The notes under the pieces: generated by a model
Told to the model about the DNA's origin: nothing
What the model saw: only the letters and a program-made list of their open reading frames with translations
Database searches by the model: none
Made by a program: the position numbers and the translations under genes
In this document: in pieces, positions 25,591 to 37,319 of the stretch
Numbering within the stretch: the stretch's first letter is position 1
How the letters are laid out: the number at the start of each line of letters is the position of its first letter
Assembly: GCA_030390025.1 (NCBI GenBank)
Contig: CM059432.1
Coordinates: 26,538,001 to 26,602,000, forward strand
Source: Squalus acanthias
Lineage: Eukaryota
Direction of reading: 5' to 3'
DNA length: 64,000 nucleotides

Positions 25591-27478
25591 TGTAAGATCT
25601 TAATGATCTCTGAGTTCTTGGACAAGACACCAATAGGCAGCAGCCAGTATGTTTGAGCAATAGATCAAGATTTATTAAGCATACAGCGTAATATACCTAA
25701 TATTAGGCGATAGTTTTAACGAGTAGCTCACAGCCCTTGGTCTCTGGAACCTCTCGGACACAGATGACGTCGCCTTAAGCCTGTTCCTTTGTTCTTGCAG
25801 TATGTCTGTGTAAAGTTGTTCTTTGAGTATCGAGGTTTTAACCCTTTTCTTATCAACGGTTTGTTTGGCCAGTGTCCATATATGGTCTTTAACAAAATCA
25901 CCTTTTATAATTGGTTCTAGTGGTCAAAATACCATTGTCACTCAGACTAATGTAGCATTCGGCCTTTCCAGTATTTTTCCACCAACTTTGCCATGTTCAG
26001 TGTTATCTTGTTTATAGTTTTTCACCCCATTGGAATTTACTTTATCTCTTTCATTTCTAGCTTCCCTGGTACAAGGCCTTTATACCAAGGGCCCATATCA
26101 GCGCTGTTTCACTAGTCTTGAGGTATCCAGACTATCTCACTTTAATCTACCAGATAAATACCTTATCTCCATGATCGCTCTCATTTTATGTCCTTATCCT
26201 AATTATTTTTTAAATATCGTTGCAATTAGTTTTGGTAAGCGAATTCTAATTTCTACTTAGCATCGTAATATGTTTTTTTTTAGCAATTTAACCTTCACTC
26301 AATGATTTCAATGATTTGGATGAGGGGACTAAATGTAACATTTCCAAATTTGCTGATGATACAAAGCTAGGTGGCAGTGTCAGTTGTGAAGAGGATGTGA
26401 AGAGGCTTCAAGGAGATCTCGACAGGCTCAGTGAGTGGGCGAGAACATGGCAGATGGAATATAATGTGGATAAATGTGAAGTGATCCACTTTGGTAGAAA
26501 AAACAGAAAGGCAGAGTATTTCCTAAATGGTGAAAGATTGGGGAATGCAGATGCTCAAAGGGACCTGGGTGTCCTTGTACATGAGTCACTGAAAGTGAAT
26601 GTGCAAGTGCAACAAGCCATTGGGAAGGCAAATGGTGTGCTGGCCTTCATTACAAGAGGATTTGAGTACAGGAGTAAAGAAGTCTTACTCCAATTATATA
26701 GGGCCTTGGTGAGACCACACCTGGAGTACTGTGTACAATGTTGGTCTCCTTACCTAAGGAAGGATATACTTGCCAAAGAGGGAGTGCAACAAAGGTTCAC
26801 GAGATTGATTCCTGGGATGGCGGGACTGTCGTATGAGAAGAGATTGAGTAAACTAGGCCTGTATTCTCTTGAATTCAGAAGAATGAGAGGGGATCTCATT
26901 GAAGCATACAAAATTATTGCAGGGCTTGATAGGATGGATGCTGGGAGAATGTTTCCCTTGGCTGTGGAGTCTGGAACCAGGGGCCACAGCCTCAAGATAA
27001 AGGGTAGGCCATTCAAGACTGAGATGAGAAGAAATTTCTTCACACAGAGGGTGGTGAATCTTTGGAATTCTCTACCTCAGAGGGCTGTGGAGGCTCAGTC
27101 ATTGGGTATACTCAAAACAGAAGTCGATAGATTTCTGACTAGTAAGGGCATCAAGGGATATGGCGATAGGGCTGGTGAATGGAGTTGAGGCAGAAGATCA
27201 GCCATGATCTCATTGAATGGCGGAGCAGGCTTGAAGGGTCTACTCCTGCTCCTATTTCTTATGTTCTTATGTTCACTCGCAGTCTGTGGGTGTTTGTTAT
27301 CAAAACTTAGTCAAAACTGCTTTCGACTGTCCTTCACAGCTGCATTTTGGATAAGTCTTAGCTTTTTAGTTACCCAGGAGTAATTATGGGTAATATTATT
27401 TGGTCAATAGCTACACTTGAATTTATATGTATATGATTTATGTCTACTAAATATCTCTAAATATCAGCCTTTCGTACA
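25591..27478 (-). mobile_element. Candidate solo LTR (~0.91 kb) interrupted by a CR1 insertion
   Basis: TG...CA ends with a short imperfect inverted repeat (tgtaaga / tcgtaca). Flanks are atta/agta. Minus-strand AATAAA at 25671-25676, ~80 bp from the end. Confidence 0.6.
26301..27271 (+). mobile_element. Young 5'-truncated CR1/HER1 with TSD
   Basis: Open 290-aa ORF2 C-terminus (26316..27188, KFADDTKLGG), (TTCTTATG)n tail, TSD ttcactc at 26294-26300 and 27272-27278. Confidence 0.95.
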
Positions 27479-28245
27479 AGTAGGTTGGGAACATTCCTGA
27501 TGTTTTTATGTGGAGTTAGAGAGATCTCAGTGTTGCATGAGGTGGGCTGGTCACCATGCAAACAAGTCAAGTCAAGTCCTCATTTGAGAGACTATGATGG
27601 AGTGTAGGCCTGATGTCCAGTGCTGTAGTTGAGGAGTTTCCACAGCTCTGTTATTGGCGGATGGCTCTCTCATCAATCTGAAAGATATTATTCATGCTTT
27701 GAAAATGTTATATGGTGGCTCAGTGGTTAAGGCAGTTAGGAGCTATAGAGTTGGAATGTCCTGCTTCAAACTCAGGTCTGAGCTGACTTAGCTGTTCTGA
27801 GCTGGTGTGGAAGTAGGGAAACTACAATTGTCATCAGCAACCCTGGGTTAGGGAGATCAAAATTGGACCGGTTGCTTTTCCTGATTGCTGTCCTGTATAT
27901 GCATGAATGGCAGGTAAGTACAGCAGTGGGGTCACCTGCTAAATACCCCACCGATACTCATTGGGAAAAAAAGCCAATTGGATGAGGAATGCTTCAGACT
28001 GTATGTGACATGAATCTTGTCATTCATGTATGAAGTAATACTGGGCGGCCTGCTGCTGGCGCTGTCCAGGGAGAGTATAAATACTCGGGCATGGGCCCAG
28101 CTTGCTTAGGACATTCCTCAACAGGAACTAGTGAAGGACACAACTAGATCTCCATGTTGAAAACCAGTTGATTAAAGCTTTTTTTAATGCTTAGGCCAAG
28201 TGCCTAATAGTTTTCTTACGTCAGTATGCCAGCATAAAGTCACTC

Positions 28246-28751
28246 GGGTCAATTTTGAGTGTCCTTGCCTGGAGTCACAGCCTTACCACCCCGTTAACTC
28301 CAGTGATATGGATGGCTTCATTTTCTGCCGGGTGTCCAAAATGCCTGCCTGACCCAGGTGATAGGCCCCTTTTAATATGGAAATAGGAGTCCCATGATGT
28401 AAATAGGACCCCGATTGCCACTTAAGGTAGCAACTGGGCAGAGTCTGCGCAGTACAGGCTGCGGTCAGTTCGATGGGTGGATGGAAGAGAATAGGCCCTC
28501 TAAAGGTAGTGTTTTATTATTTTTGTTGGCCCGGAGGAGCAGGAGTGCCGCCCCAACACCCCCCTTTAACTTACTTTGCTGGCGGCAGCTCCGGCCTGAT
28601 TTTCAGGCTTCAACCTGGTGAGCTGCGTCTGGACGCCTGTTTTGGCGCCCTGCAGCTCATCTGGTGAATTTAAATGAGGCCGGAGCCTCAAAATCATGGG
28701 GGCCTCTTCGCCACTGGAATGGGTGGCCGACCAAAAGTCGAAATCTATCCT
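28246..28751. mobile_element. GC-rich MITE; same family as 46470-47061 (opposite orientation) and a fragment at ~40865-41060
   Basis: Terminus gggtcaattttgagtgtcc resembles the reverse complement of the 47061 end. Shared internal cctgattt...aatttaaatgaggc. Confidence 0.65.
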
Positions 28752-28832
28752 GCAGCCTTCAGGGGAAAAAATTTGAGGAGAAAATGACCCAAAAAAAATG
28801 TATAAAAGGGGAGTTATGTTTTTAGATTGAAT

Positions 28833-29076
28833 GGGATAATTTTCACTTTTGGCAGTGGCGGAAAACTGGCGGTAGCCAATTGGACGGCCTCTTTACACCT
28901 TGTCCAATTCTCCTTTTCACTGACTTCATTTCTATTTTTGTAGTAGCTAAAGGAAGGCGGGGACATGTCAATCCCTATACTTAATATGGGAATGCTCCAT
29001 TAACCTCAATGCAAAGGAAAATCGGGCAGGGTGTTTAATGGGTAGCCAGTTTTCCACCACCACTGAAATTACCCCC
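28833..29076. mobile_element. 244-bp palindromic MITE
   Basis: gggataatttt...gtggcggaaaactggc / gccagttttccaccac...gaaattaccccc, with TSD AAT on both sides. Confidence 0.8.
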
Positions 29077-30611
29077 AATGCGTCTGTCCTGGGCAAATTG
29101 AAGAAATGTACTTTATATTAGGGCTCACAGTCTGAGCATTAATCAAAGGAGCAGAAACATTCCTAAAACAACCACCTTACGCTCTTCAAGGATAAGCTGG
29201 TGGTGGTTAATAAAGTACAATGGGCAGGGTTTGGGGACAGATCATGAGCTGTTACTGCAGTGCACTAGAGCCCAGGAGTTCGTGATGTAGAATGGAAAGG
29301 TGAAGAGAGCCGTGCTTATTGGTGAAACTGTCTTGGAAGAGGCCTCTGAAAATCTGCTTATAATCAGATGGCTCTTTCTGCATATGGAGAGAACATGCTT
29401 ACCCCTAACATTGCCATTGAGGATTATTTTGATTAAAACAAACAAATCTGTGACAGATAATTTGCTTTTTACCTGTTAGGTCCAGTAATTCTGTACTGAT
29501 CATAATGAGGTGCGGTCTGCCTGCTCAGGTGTTTGTAAAAGATCTCAAGGAATTATTTTGATGAGAAACAGGGAGACTCCCAGTGTCCTGGCCAATCTTC
29601 CTCCCTCAACAAACACCACCAAACAGATTAGCTGGTCAAATAATCTCATTTGTTGTTTGTGGGACCCTTGCTATGTGCAAATTGGCTGCTGTATTTGCTT
29701 ATATAACAGACCAACAGTGACTACTCTGCAACACTTTTCAGACATCCTGATGATAGGAAAGGTGCAATGTAGATGCAAGTTCTTTCCTTCTTTAATGGTG
29801 ATCAGTGCTTTACGGTTCAGTTTTACTAAAATGCCACAAATTGGTAACCTCTCTCCCTTTCTTTGACTTTCAAATTAATTGTATTCTTCTAGAAAAAGCA
29901 GTGCTCTGATTTATTTAGTACTGACCTCAATAGAATGGTTACTTCGATGAGATGGCTTCCTACTGTACTTTGTTTTGAAAACTTTCTTTCAAAGCACCAC
30001 ACCAGCAGCACTTTGACGGATAGATATTACGGAACACGTGTGAAACTTGTGATTTATTTTGCCTGTCGGCCTAAGTAATTGTTTTTTCCAACTCGTCATT
30101 TGCCCAGATATCTCATGCTAATGCTTTCACTGTGCTTCAGGCTGCTCTGCCTTTAAAAAAAATAAGGGCAATTTAAACCCACTTTGTAAATAATATAATT
30201 TTAAAAGTTGTATACTTACTGGAGCTATAGAATATGGTTGTTATGTTAGGTTTTATAATGACAGAGCCCAGATGATAAATTACATAGAATCACATAGGAT
30301 TTACAACACAGGAACAGTCCATTTGGCCCATGCCGGTGTTCATGCTCCACACGAGCCTCCTATTTATTTCATCTGCCCCTATCAACATATCCTTCTATTC
30401 CTTTCTCCCTCGTGTACTTATTTAGCTTCCTCTTAAGTTGTAGTATACCACAGCATGTAGTACTGTGAGGCCACCTTAGCATTCTCTCCACTAAATAAAC
30501 GTTATTGCCACAAGGTTGCATATCTGCCATCTCCCTCCCAACAGACTATCGGGGTTTGGGCCTATACTCCTCCTTCATTACCATAGTTCCAATCACACAT
30601 AGCTGCTAAGT

Positions 30612-31493
30612 GTTTGCAGTAAGTGTTGGCTGCTCGAGGAACTCCGGCTCCGTGTTGATGAGCTGGAGTCCGAGCTTCAAACACTGCGACACATCAGGGA
30701 GGGGGAGAGTTACCTGGACTCCGTGTTTCAGGAGGTAGTCACACCAATTAGAGTAACTAATTCAGAAGTAGCCCGTGGTCAGGGACAGGAAGGTGTGACT
30801 ACGAGTGAGGCAGGTACAGGGATCCAGGAGGTAGTGTTGGAGGAGCCGCAGCCCTTGCTCTTGTCCAACAGGTTCGAGGCTCTTACTCCCTGTGTGGATA
30901 GGAGCGGGGACTGCAGGGAGGATGAGCAACCTGGCCACAGCACCGTGGTAAGGGGGGCCATTCAAGTGGGGGGAGTAAAAAGAAATGTTGTAGTGGTAGG
31001 GGATAGTATCATTAGGGGGATAGATAGGGTTCTTTGCAGCCAAGAGCGAGAGTCCCGAAGGCTGTGTTGCCTGCCCGGTGCCAGGGTTAAGGACATCTCC
31101 TCTGGGCTGGAGAGAAACTTGGAGTGGGAGGGGGAGGATCCAGTTGTCGTGGTCCATGTTGGTACCAATGACATAGATAGGACAAGGAAAGAGGTTCTGC
31201 TGAGGGAGTTTGAGCAGCTAGGTGCCAAATTAAAAAGCAGAACCTCGAGGGTAATAATCTCTGGATTACTACCTGAGCCACGAGCAAATTTGGCTAGGGT
31301 AAATAAAATCAGGGAGTTGAATGCGTGGCTCAAAGACTGGTGTGGGAAAAATGGGTTTTGCTTCTTGGGACACTGGCACCAGTACTGGGGCAGGAGAGAG
31401 CTCTTCCGTTGGGACGGACTTCACTTGGCCAGTGCTGGGACTAGTGTCCTGGCGAATCGAATAACTAGGGCTGTGGAGAGGGCTTTAAACTAA
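30612..31493 (+). CDS. CR1 ORF1, 5'-truncated: end of zinc-finger/leucine-zipper region plus SGNH/GDSL esterase domain
   Basis: In frame upstream of the listed ORF: VCSKCWLLEELRLRVDELESELQTL. Then VVVGDSII, PGA, VHVGTND and DGLHL, the SGNH blocks. Confidence 0.9.
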   Translation, partial: VCSKCWLLEELRLRVDELESELQTLRHIREGESYLDSVFQEVVTPIRVTNSEVARGQGQEGVTTSEAGTGIQEVVLEEPQPLLLSNRFEALTPCVDRSGDCREDEQPGHSTVVRGAIQVGGVKRNVVVVGDSIIRGIDRVLCSQERESRRLCCLPGARVKDISSGLERNLEWEGEDPVVVVHVGTNDIDRTRKEVLLREFEQLGAKLKSRTSRVIISGLLPEPRANLARVNKIRELNAWLKDWCGKNGFCFLGHWHQYWGRRELFRWDGLHLASAGTSVLANRITRAVERALN

Positions 31494-31531
31494 TTAGTGG
31501 GGGGGAGGTTTCAAGAGAGCAAAAAATAAAA

Positions 31532-34483
31532 ATGACAACAGAGAGGGTCATAGACATAGGTAGCAGTAGGGGAATCACAAATCAGAGCGTGGCAGGAAGG
31601 GACAGAGTGTGTGGAGTAAAAGGTAAACTGGTAAAAAGTGAAAAAGCAGGAACTAAGTGCCACAAAGCATATTTGAAAGTTCTCTATCTGAATGCACGTA
31701 GCATTCGTAACAAAATAGACGAGTTAATGGCACAAATAACTACATATGGTTATGATATTGTGGCCATTACAGAAACATGGCTGCAGGGTGACAATGCCTG
31801 GGAATTAAACATACCAGGTTATTTAACGATCAGGAAGGACAGGCAGGAAGGAAGGGGAGGTGGGGTGGCTATGTTAATAAAGGAAGGAATCACTGTAATA
31901 CAGAGTAATGATATTGGGTCAAAAAATCATGATAATGAAACAGTTTGGGTGGAGATAAGGAATAATAAGGGGAAAAAAACATTAGTGGGCGTAGTCTATA
32001 GGCCTCCGAACAGTTGCAACTCTATTGGACGGAGTATCAATCAGGAAATAGTTGAGGCATGTAATAAGGGAACATCTATAATTATGGGGGATTTTAACTA
32101 TCATATTAATTGGACAAATCAAATGGGGCAGGGCTGCCTTGAGGATGAGTTCATTGAGTGTATTAGGGATGGGTTTCTTGAGCAGTATGTAACTGAACCG
32201 ACCAGGGGGCAAGCAACCTTAGATCTGGTCCTGTGTAACGAGACAGGATTAATTAAAAATGTCCTAGTAAAGGATCCCCTTGGAATGAGTGACCATAACA
32301 TGGTTGAATTCCATATTCAATTAGAGGGTGAGAAGGTTGGATCTCAAACAAGCGTGCTAAGCTTGAATAAAGGAGACTATGAAGGTATGCGAGCGGAATT
32401 GAGTAGAGTGGATTGGGAAAATAGATTAAAGGGTAAGACGACACATGATCAGTGGTGTACATTCAAGGAGTTATTTTACAACTTCCAAAAAAAATATATT
32501 CCACTGAAAAGAAAAGGGTGTAAAAGAAAGGACAGTCATCCGTGGCTAAGTAAAGAAATTAAGGATAGTATTCGACTAAAAACAAGGGCATATAAGGTAG
32601 CGAAATCTAGTGGGAGGACAGAGGATTGGGAAAACTTTAAAAGGCAGCAAAAAATAACAAAAAGATTGATTAAGAAAGGGAAGATAGATTATGAAAGTAA
32701 ATTAGCAAAAAATATAAAAACAGATAGTAAGAGTTTTTATAGTTATATAAAAAGAAAAAGGGTGGCTAAAGTAAATGTTGGTCCCTTAGAGGATGAGACC
32801 AGGAAATTAATGGTGGGAAATATGGAGATGGCAAAAACACTGAATGAATATTTTGTATCAGTCTTTACAGTAGAGGACACTAAGAATATCCCAACACTGG
32901 ACAAACAGGGGGCTATAGGGGGAGAGGAGCTAAACACGATCAAAATCACTAAGGAAGTGGTACTCGGTAAAATAATGGGACTCAAGGCGGATAAATCACC
33001 TGGACCTGATGGCTTACATCCTAGAGTCTTGAAGGAAGTGGCGGTAGGGATTGTAGATGCATTGGTAATAATTTTTCAAAACTCCCTGGATTCCGCTAAG
33101 GTCCCGGCAGACTGGAAAACTGCTAATGTAACACCCTTATTTAAAAAGGGCAGTAGACAGAAGGCTGGTAACTATAGACCGGTTAGCCTAACATCTGTGG
33201 TAGGTAAAATTTTGGAGTCCATTATTAAGGAAACAGTAACAGGACATTTGGATAATCATAATTTAATAGGACAAAGTCAGCATGGTTTTACGAAGGGGAA
33301 GTCATGTTTGACAAATTTGCTGGAGTTCTTTGAGGAAGTAACATATAGAGTGGATAAAGGGGAACCAGTGGACGTAGTGTATTTAGACTTCCAAAAGGCA
33401 TTTGACAAGGTGCCACACAAAAGATTATTGCTTAAGGTAAAAAATCACGGGATTGGGGGTAATATTCTGGCATGGATAGAGGATTGGCTATCTAACAGAA
33501 AGCAAAGAGTTGGGATAAATGGTTCATTCTCAGACTGGCAATCAGTAACTAGTGGTGTTCCACAGGGGTCAGTGCTGGGTCCCCAACTCTTCACAATCTA
33601 TATTAACGATTTGGAGGAAGGGACCAAGTGTAACATATCAAAATTTGCAGATGATACAAAGATGGGAGGGAAAGTAGTGAGTGAGGAGGACATAAAAAAC
33701 CTGCAAGGGGACATAGACAGGCTAAGTAAGTGGGCAGAGATTTGGCAGATGGAATACAACACTGGAAAGTGTGAGGTGATGCACTTTGGCAGGAAAAATC
33801 CTAGAGCAATTTATTATCTTAATGGCAAGAAACTGGAGAGTACTGAAGTGCAAAGGGATCTGGGGGTCCTGGTGCACGAAACTCAAAAGGTTAGTATGCA
33901 GGTGCAGCAAGTGATTAAGAAGGCAAATGGAATGTTGGCTTTCATTGCTAGGGGGATAGAATATAAAAATAGGGAGGTATTGCTTCAGTTGTACAAGGTA
34001 TTGGTGAGACCGCACCTGGAATACTGCATACAGTTTTGGTGTCCTTACTTAAGGAAAGACATCCTTGCTCTCGAGGCAGTGCAAAAAAGGTTCACTCGGT
34101 TAATCCCGGGGATGAGGGGGTGGTCATATGAGGAGAGGTTGGGTAGATTGGGACTCTACTCATTGGAGTTCAGAAGAATGAGAGGCGATCTTATTGAAAC
34201 ATATAAGATTGTGAAGGGGTTGGATCGGGTGGATGCGGGGAGGATGTTCCCGATGACGGGTGAGACGAGAACTAGGGGACATAGTCTTAGAATAAGGGGC
34301 TGCTCTTTCAAAACTGAGATGAGGAGGAACTACTTCACTCAGAGGGTGGTAGGTCCATGGAATATGCTGCCACAAAAAGCTGTAGAAGCTACAACATTAA
34401 TTAAATTTAAAACAGAAATAGACAGTTTCCTAGAAGTAAAGGGCATTAAGGGTTACGGGGAGCGGGCAGGAATTTGGACATGA
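31532..34483 (+). CDS. CR1 ORF2, uninterrupted 983 aa: AP endonuclease plus reverse transcriptase
   Basis: LNARS, ITETWL, GDFN, LDLV, SDH (APE). NYRPVSLTS, QHGF, LDFQKAFD, GVPQGSVLGP, FADD (RT). Confidence 0.97.
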   Translation: MTTERVIDIGSSRGITNQSVAGRDRVCGVKGKLVKSEKAGTKCHKAYLKVLYLNARSIRNKIDELMAQITTYGYDIVAITETWLQGDNAWELNIPGYLTIRKDRQEGRGGGVAMLIKEGITVIQSNDIGSKNHDNETVWVEIRNNKGKKTLVGVVYRPPNSCNSIGRSINQEIVEACNKGTSIIMGDFNYHINWTNQMGQGCLEDEFIECIRDGFLEQYVTEPTRGQATLDLVLCNETGLIKNVLVKDPLGMSDHNMVEFHIQLEGEKVGSQTSVLSLNKGDYEGMRAELSRVDWENRLKGKTTHDQWCTFKELFYNFQKKYIPLKRKGCKRKDSHPWLSKEIKDSIRLKTRAYKVAKSSGRTEDWENFKRQQKITKRLIKKGKIDYESKLAKNIKTDSKSFYSYIKRKRVAKVNVGPLEDETRKLMVGNMEMAKTLNEYFVSVFTVEDTKNIPTLDKQGAIGGEELNTIKITKEVVLGKIMGLKADKSPGPDGLHPRVLKEVAVGIVDALVIIFQNSLDSAKVPADWKTANVTPLFKKGSRQKAGNYRPVSLTSVVGKILESIIKETVTGHLDNHNLIGQSQHGFTKGKSCLTNLLEFFEEVTYRVDKGEPVDVVYLDFQKAFDKVPHKRLLLKVKNHGIGGNILAWIEDWLSNRKQRVGINGSFSDWQSVTSGVPQGSVLGPQLFTIYINDLEEGTKCNISKFADDTKMGGKVVSEEDIKNLQGDIDRLSKWAEIWQMEYNTGKCEVMHFGRKNPRAIYYLNGKKLESTEVQRDLGVLVHETQKVSMQVQQVIKKANGMLAFIARGIEYKNREVLLQLYKVLVRPHLEYCIQFWCPYLRKDILALEAVQKRFTRLIPGMRGWSYEERLGRLGLYSLEFRRMRGDLIETYKIVKGLDRVDAGRMFPMTGETRTRGHSLRIRGCSFKTEMRRNYFTQRVVGPWNMLPQKAVEATTLIKFKTEIDSFLEVKGIKGYGERAGIWT

Positions 34484-35629
34484 GTCTAGGTTCGGATCGG
34501 TCATGGCACCACTCATCATTGTAAAATGACATTCAAACTAGTGGCATGTCTATAGATTTTAAAAGGATTGACCAATCCGGTTCTGAAATTGCAAGGTCAG
34601 CCCATATGTTGCTCTCCACCATGCTACCTGCTATACTGCATTGTATATGCCAGTTCATACAATGCTTCAAGCATCCCAATGATATAGGCGCTCCAATCTT
34701 TTGTATTTTGCATTTTGACTAATTGTTACTCTCCAACAGAAAACAACGTCAGCCATACAAATAAAACACAACCCCTTTTCTTCAACCTTGAGTATAGAGA
34801 TGCCTCAAAACTGGGTTGAGGTTTGAGGACGTATATCATGGTTCTGTTCCATTCCTTTAGGACAGTTTGATACCAAGCAATGCTCCTAAGTAGCTGCATG
34901 ATGGAACCTTTTGGGACATGACCAAGTTGCTGGTTGCTAAATCATTGTCTAACGATTGAGCATTCCTCCTTTTCTGTAGTTGATTTTATTCCTAGTAGTG
35001 GGCGCCAGCATTAACAGGTTCTTGCAGTTTCAGAGTACTATGGTGCATTGAATTTCAGTTTACTATGCCTTATTTTGTAGAAACAAAAGCATGGAAGGTG
35101 ACAATTCAACCCATTATGCCTGTGCCGGTGCTAGCATTGCCAGTTCCAATTGTCCATATCCTTTTATATTCTTCTTTTTCAAATCTATGGGTCTAACATC
35201 CCTCCTGCAGAACTGCACTGCAATATTTCAACTGTGGCCTAACCAATGTCTTGTACAAAGTCAATTCACATTCTTGCTGTTATATTCAGTACATTAAGAC
35301 CTAAAATTTAATTGGCCTTTTTATGACCTTGCCTACATGACATCCGCCTTTAAAGATCTATGTTTCTGCACCCCTAGATCTCTGCTCCTTCACTTTGGTA
35401 GTTCCTTTCACAGTTCTTTTTCCAAAAATTGCTACCTCACATTTGTCTGCATTGAACTGCATCTGCCACTTATCCGCCCACTCTGCTAACCTGTTTGTAT
35501 CTTCCTGCAAACTCTTGCATTCTTTCTCAGAGTTTGCCATCAACCTTTGATGTCTTGGCCAACATTTATCCCTCAAGTGACATAATTAAAACAGATTACC
35601 TGGTCATTTATTTTAAATAGAATTACATA

Positions 35630-37319
35630 GGCCATGAAGTTCGGTAATTTGATGAGGGAAAATGGTGGATGGCTCGCTTCCGCCCACTTCCAGTTGGTCC
35701 CGCGGTGGCCGCCATTTTGGGCAGGTCGGCACAGCGGACATTGGCTCCAAGCTCTGCACCAAGCCCCATGTAATGTTGGGCCCGGACTCTTCCATGCTCC
35801 TTGACACTGACAAGAGGCTCGTTGGCAGGCTTGCAATTGCACCAAGCATTTCTGTGTGCATGCCCATCACACTTCTTCTGAAGGCCGCTCCATCAAAGTT
35901 CTCATCGGAATCCTGTGCAGCAGAACTCGTGTGTAAAATCTCCCTCTGGGGAGCTGGCACCTGGGCTATACTTTCCCCCTGGCCTGGCTGCAGCCCAATC
36001 GTGCCCGTTGACTCACCACGTGCCGATCCTGCCTCTATAGTGCACTCTAAATTCCGTGTAGTGCCATTTTCTGACCTGGTGCCTGGGAGTGTCAGATTGA
36101 GTGATGGTGCCTCTTCTTCTCCTTCAGAACATCGGGGACAGGCTAAGCTGGTGGCAGTTCTTGAGTATCTGAAAGAAGCAAGGCACAAGGGTCAGGTTGT
36201 GGTGAGGGGGCGGGGGGGGGGGGCGTTGTTGGGAAGCAAGACGTACATGCTTACACCATCAGCAGCCTGTAAGTGAGAAGAGATTGTGGGATGAGGGGGA
36301 AGTGGGATGTGGGAAGAAGGATTAGCTATGAGCATACCATCATCATCAGCAATGCTTTCAACCTTGCCGCTCGCCACGGCCTTAGTGATGGCCCCTCCAA
36401 TTATCTCCAGCACTGTGTCCTCCAGCTCCATCAGGTTCTGAAGTCGAGCTTCCCTTCCACCCGTCTGCTACTGCTCATGACAGTTGTGTGCCACCTTTGC
36501 CTGCAAGAGAAAGGATGTGTGTCAGTGAATGTGGTGCAATGTGTTTGGGTTATGTACCTGCCATGTTTGAATAGCTGGTAGTGTGTGCAAGGTGTGAGAT
36601 GTGGGTGTGAGTCTTGCAGCAGTGGTAAGTGTGAGAGGGTGAAATGAAACTATGATTGTGAGGTATGAGTCGTGATTGTTAGAGATTGTTGGTAGGTGAG
36701 TGGTGGGGGTGTGGTGCATTGAGCAGTGTGTGAGGCTTGTGGTGCAGATGGTGGGATATGGCATTTGAAGATGCATTCACTCACCTTGACCACTCGTGTG
36801 AGGTCATTAAACTTCTTGCGGCACTGGATCCAGGTCCAGAGGACAACACTCGTAGCACTGACAGCTTGTGCTATTTCCTCCCACACCCTTCTGGCATGCT
36901 GCCTGGAAGGCTTCCTGCCCCCCTGTGGGTAGAGGACCTGACGTCGTCTGTGCACCCTCAGGTCCAAGGCTTCCGCATCAGAGAACCTCCTTGCTTTCTC
37001 TCTTCCCTGTTGGGCCATGGCTGCAGAGTGACAATGAGGTGCTTCTGCAACAAAACACCTCCCCTTTAAGTAGTGCCAAATTTTATTGATCAGCAATGCT
37101 GTCAGCCTCGCTGCTCGCCACCTCTGCACCCGATATTGGCTCCCCTGTTGAACGCTAAGCCAGCCAGCAGCACGTTTAGCGCTGAGATCAGTGCTCCAAT
37201 CATTATAATGAGCAGGCAGCATGAATTTTGCGTGCTACCTGCACCACTTTGAACGGGCGTGGGCACATCGCGCTTCGCACTCCCCGTGCCCATTTTTAAG
37301 CTTTATCCAATTTCACCCC
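35630..37319 (-). mobile_element. Non-autonomous PIF/Harbinger element carrying a three-exon Myb/SANT-like gene
   Basis: TSD ATA, termini ggccatgaagttcgg / ccaatttcacccc. Inserted in the tail of a minus-strand CR1. Confidence 0.8.
35730..37018 (-). pseudogene. Harbinger Myb/SANT-like DNA-binding protein pseudogene (exons 37018-36785, 36500-36338, 36168-~35730)
   Basis: Exon 1 (78 codons): RFSDAE...LYP...WEEIAQAVS...TWIQCRKKFNDL..VVK|gtgagt. Exon 2 after tctcttgcag: AKVAHN..*QTGG...LEDTVLEIIG, with one stop. Exon 3 after ctttcag has a stop and a frameshift. Confidence 0.8.

Noticed and set aside
36650..37222. Domesticated host gene (NAIF1/MSANTD-like)
   Set aside because: It lies between TIRs and a TSD, and downstream exons contain stops, so it is a transposon pseudogene. 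No gene symbol assigned.
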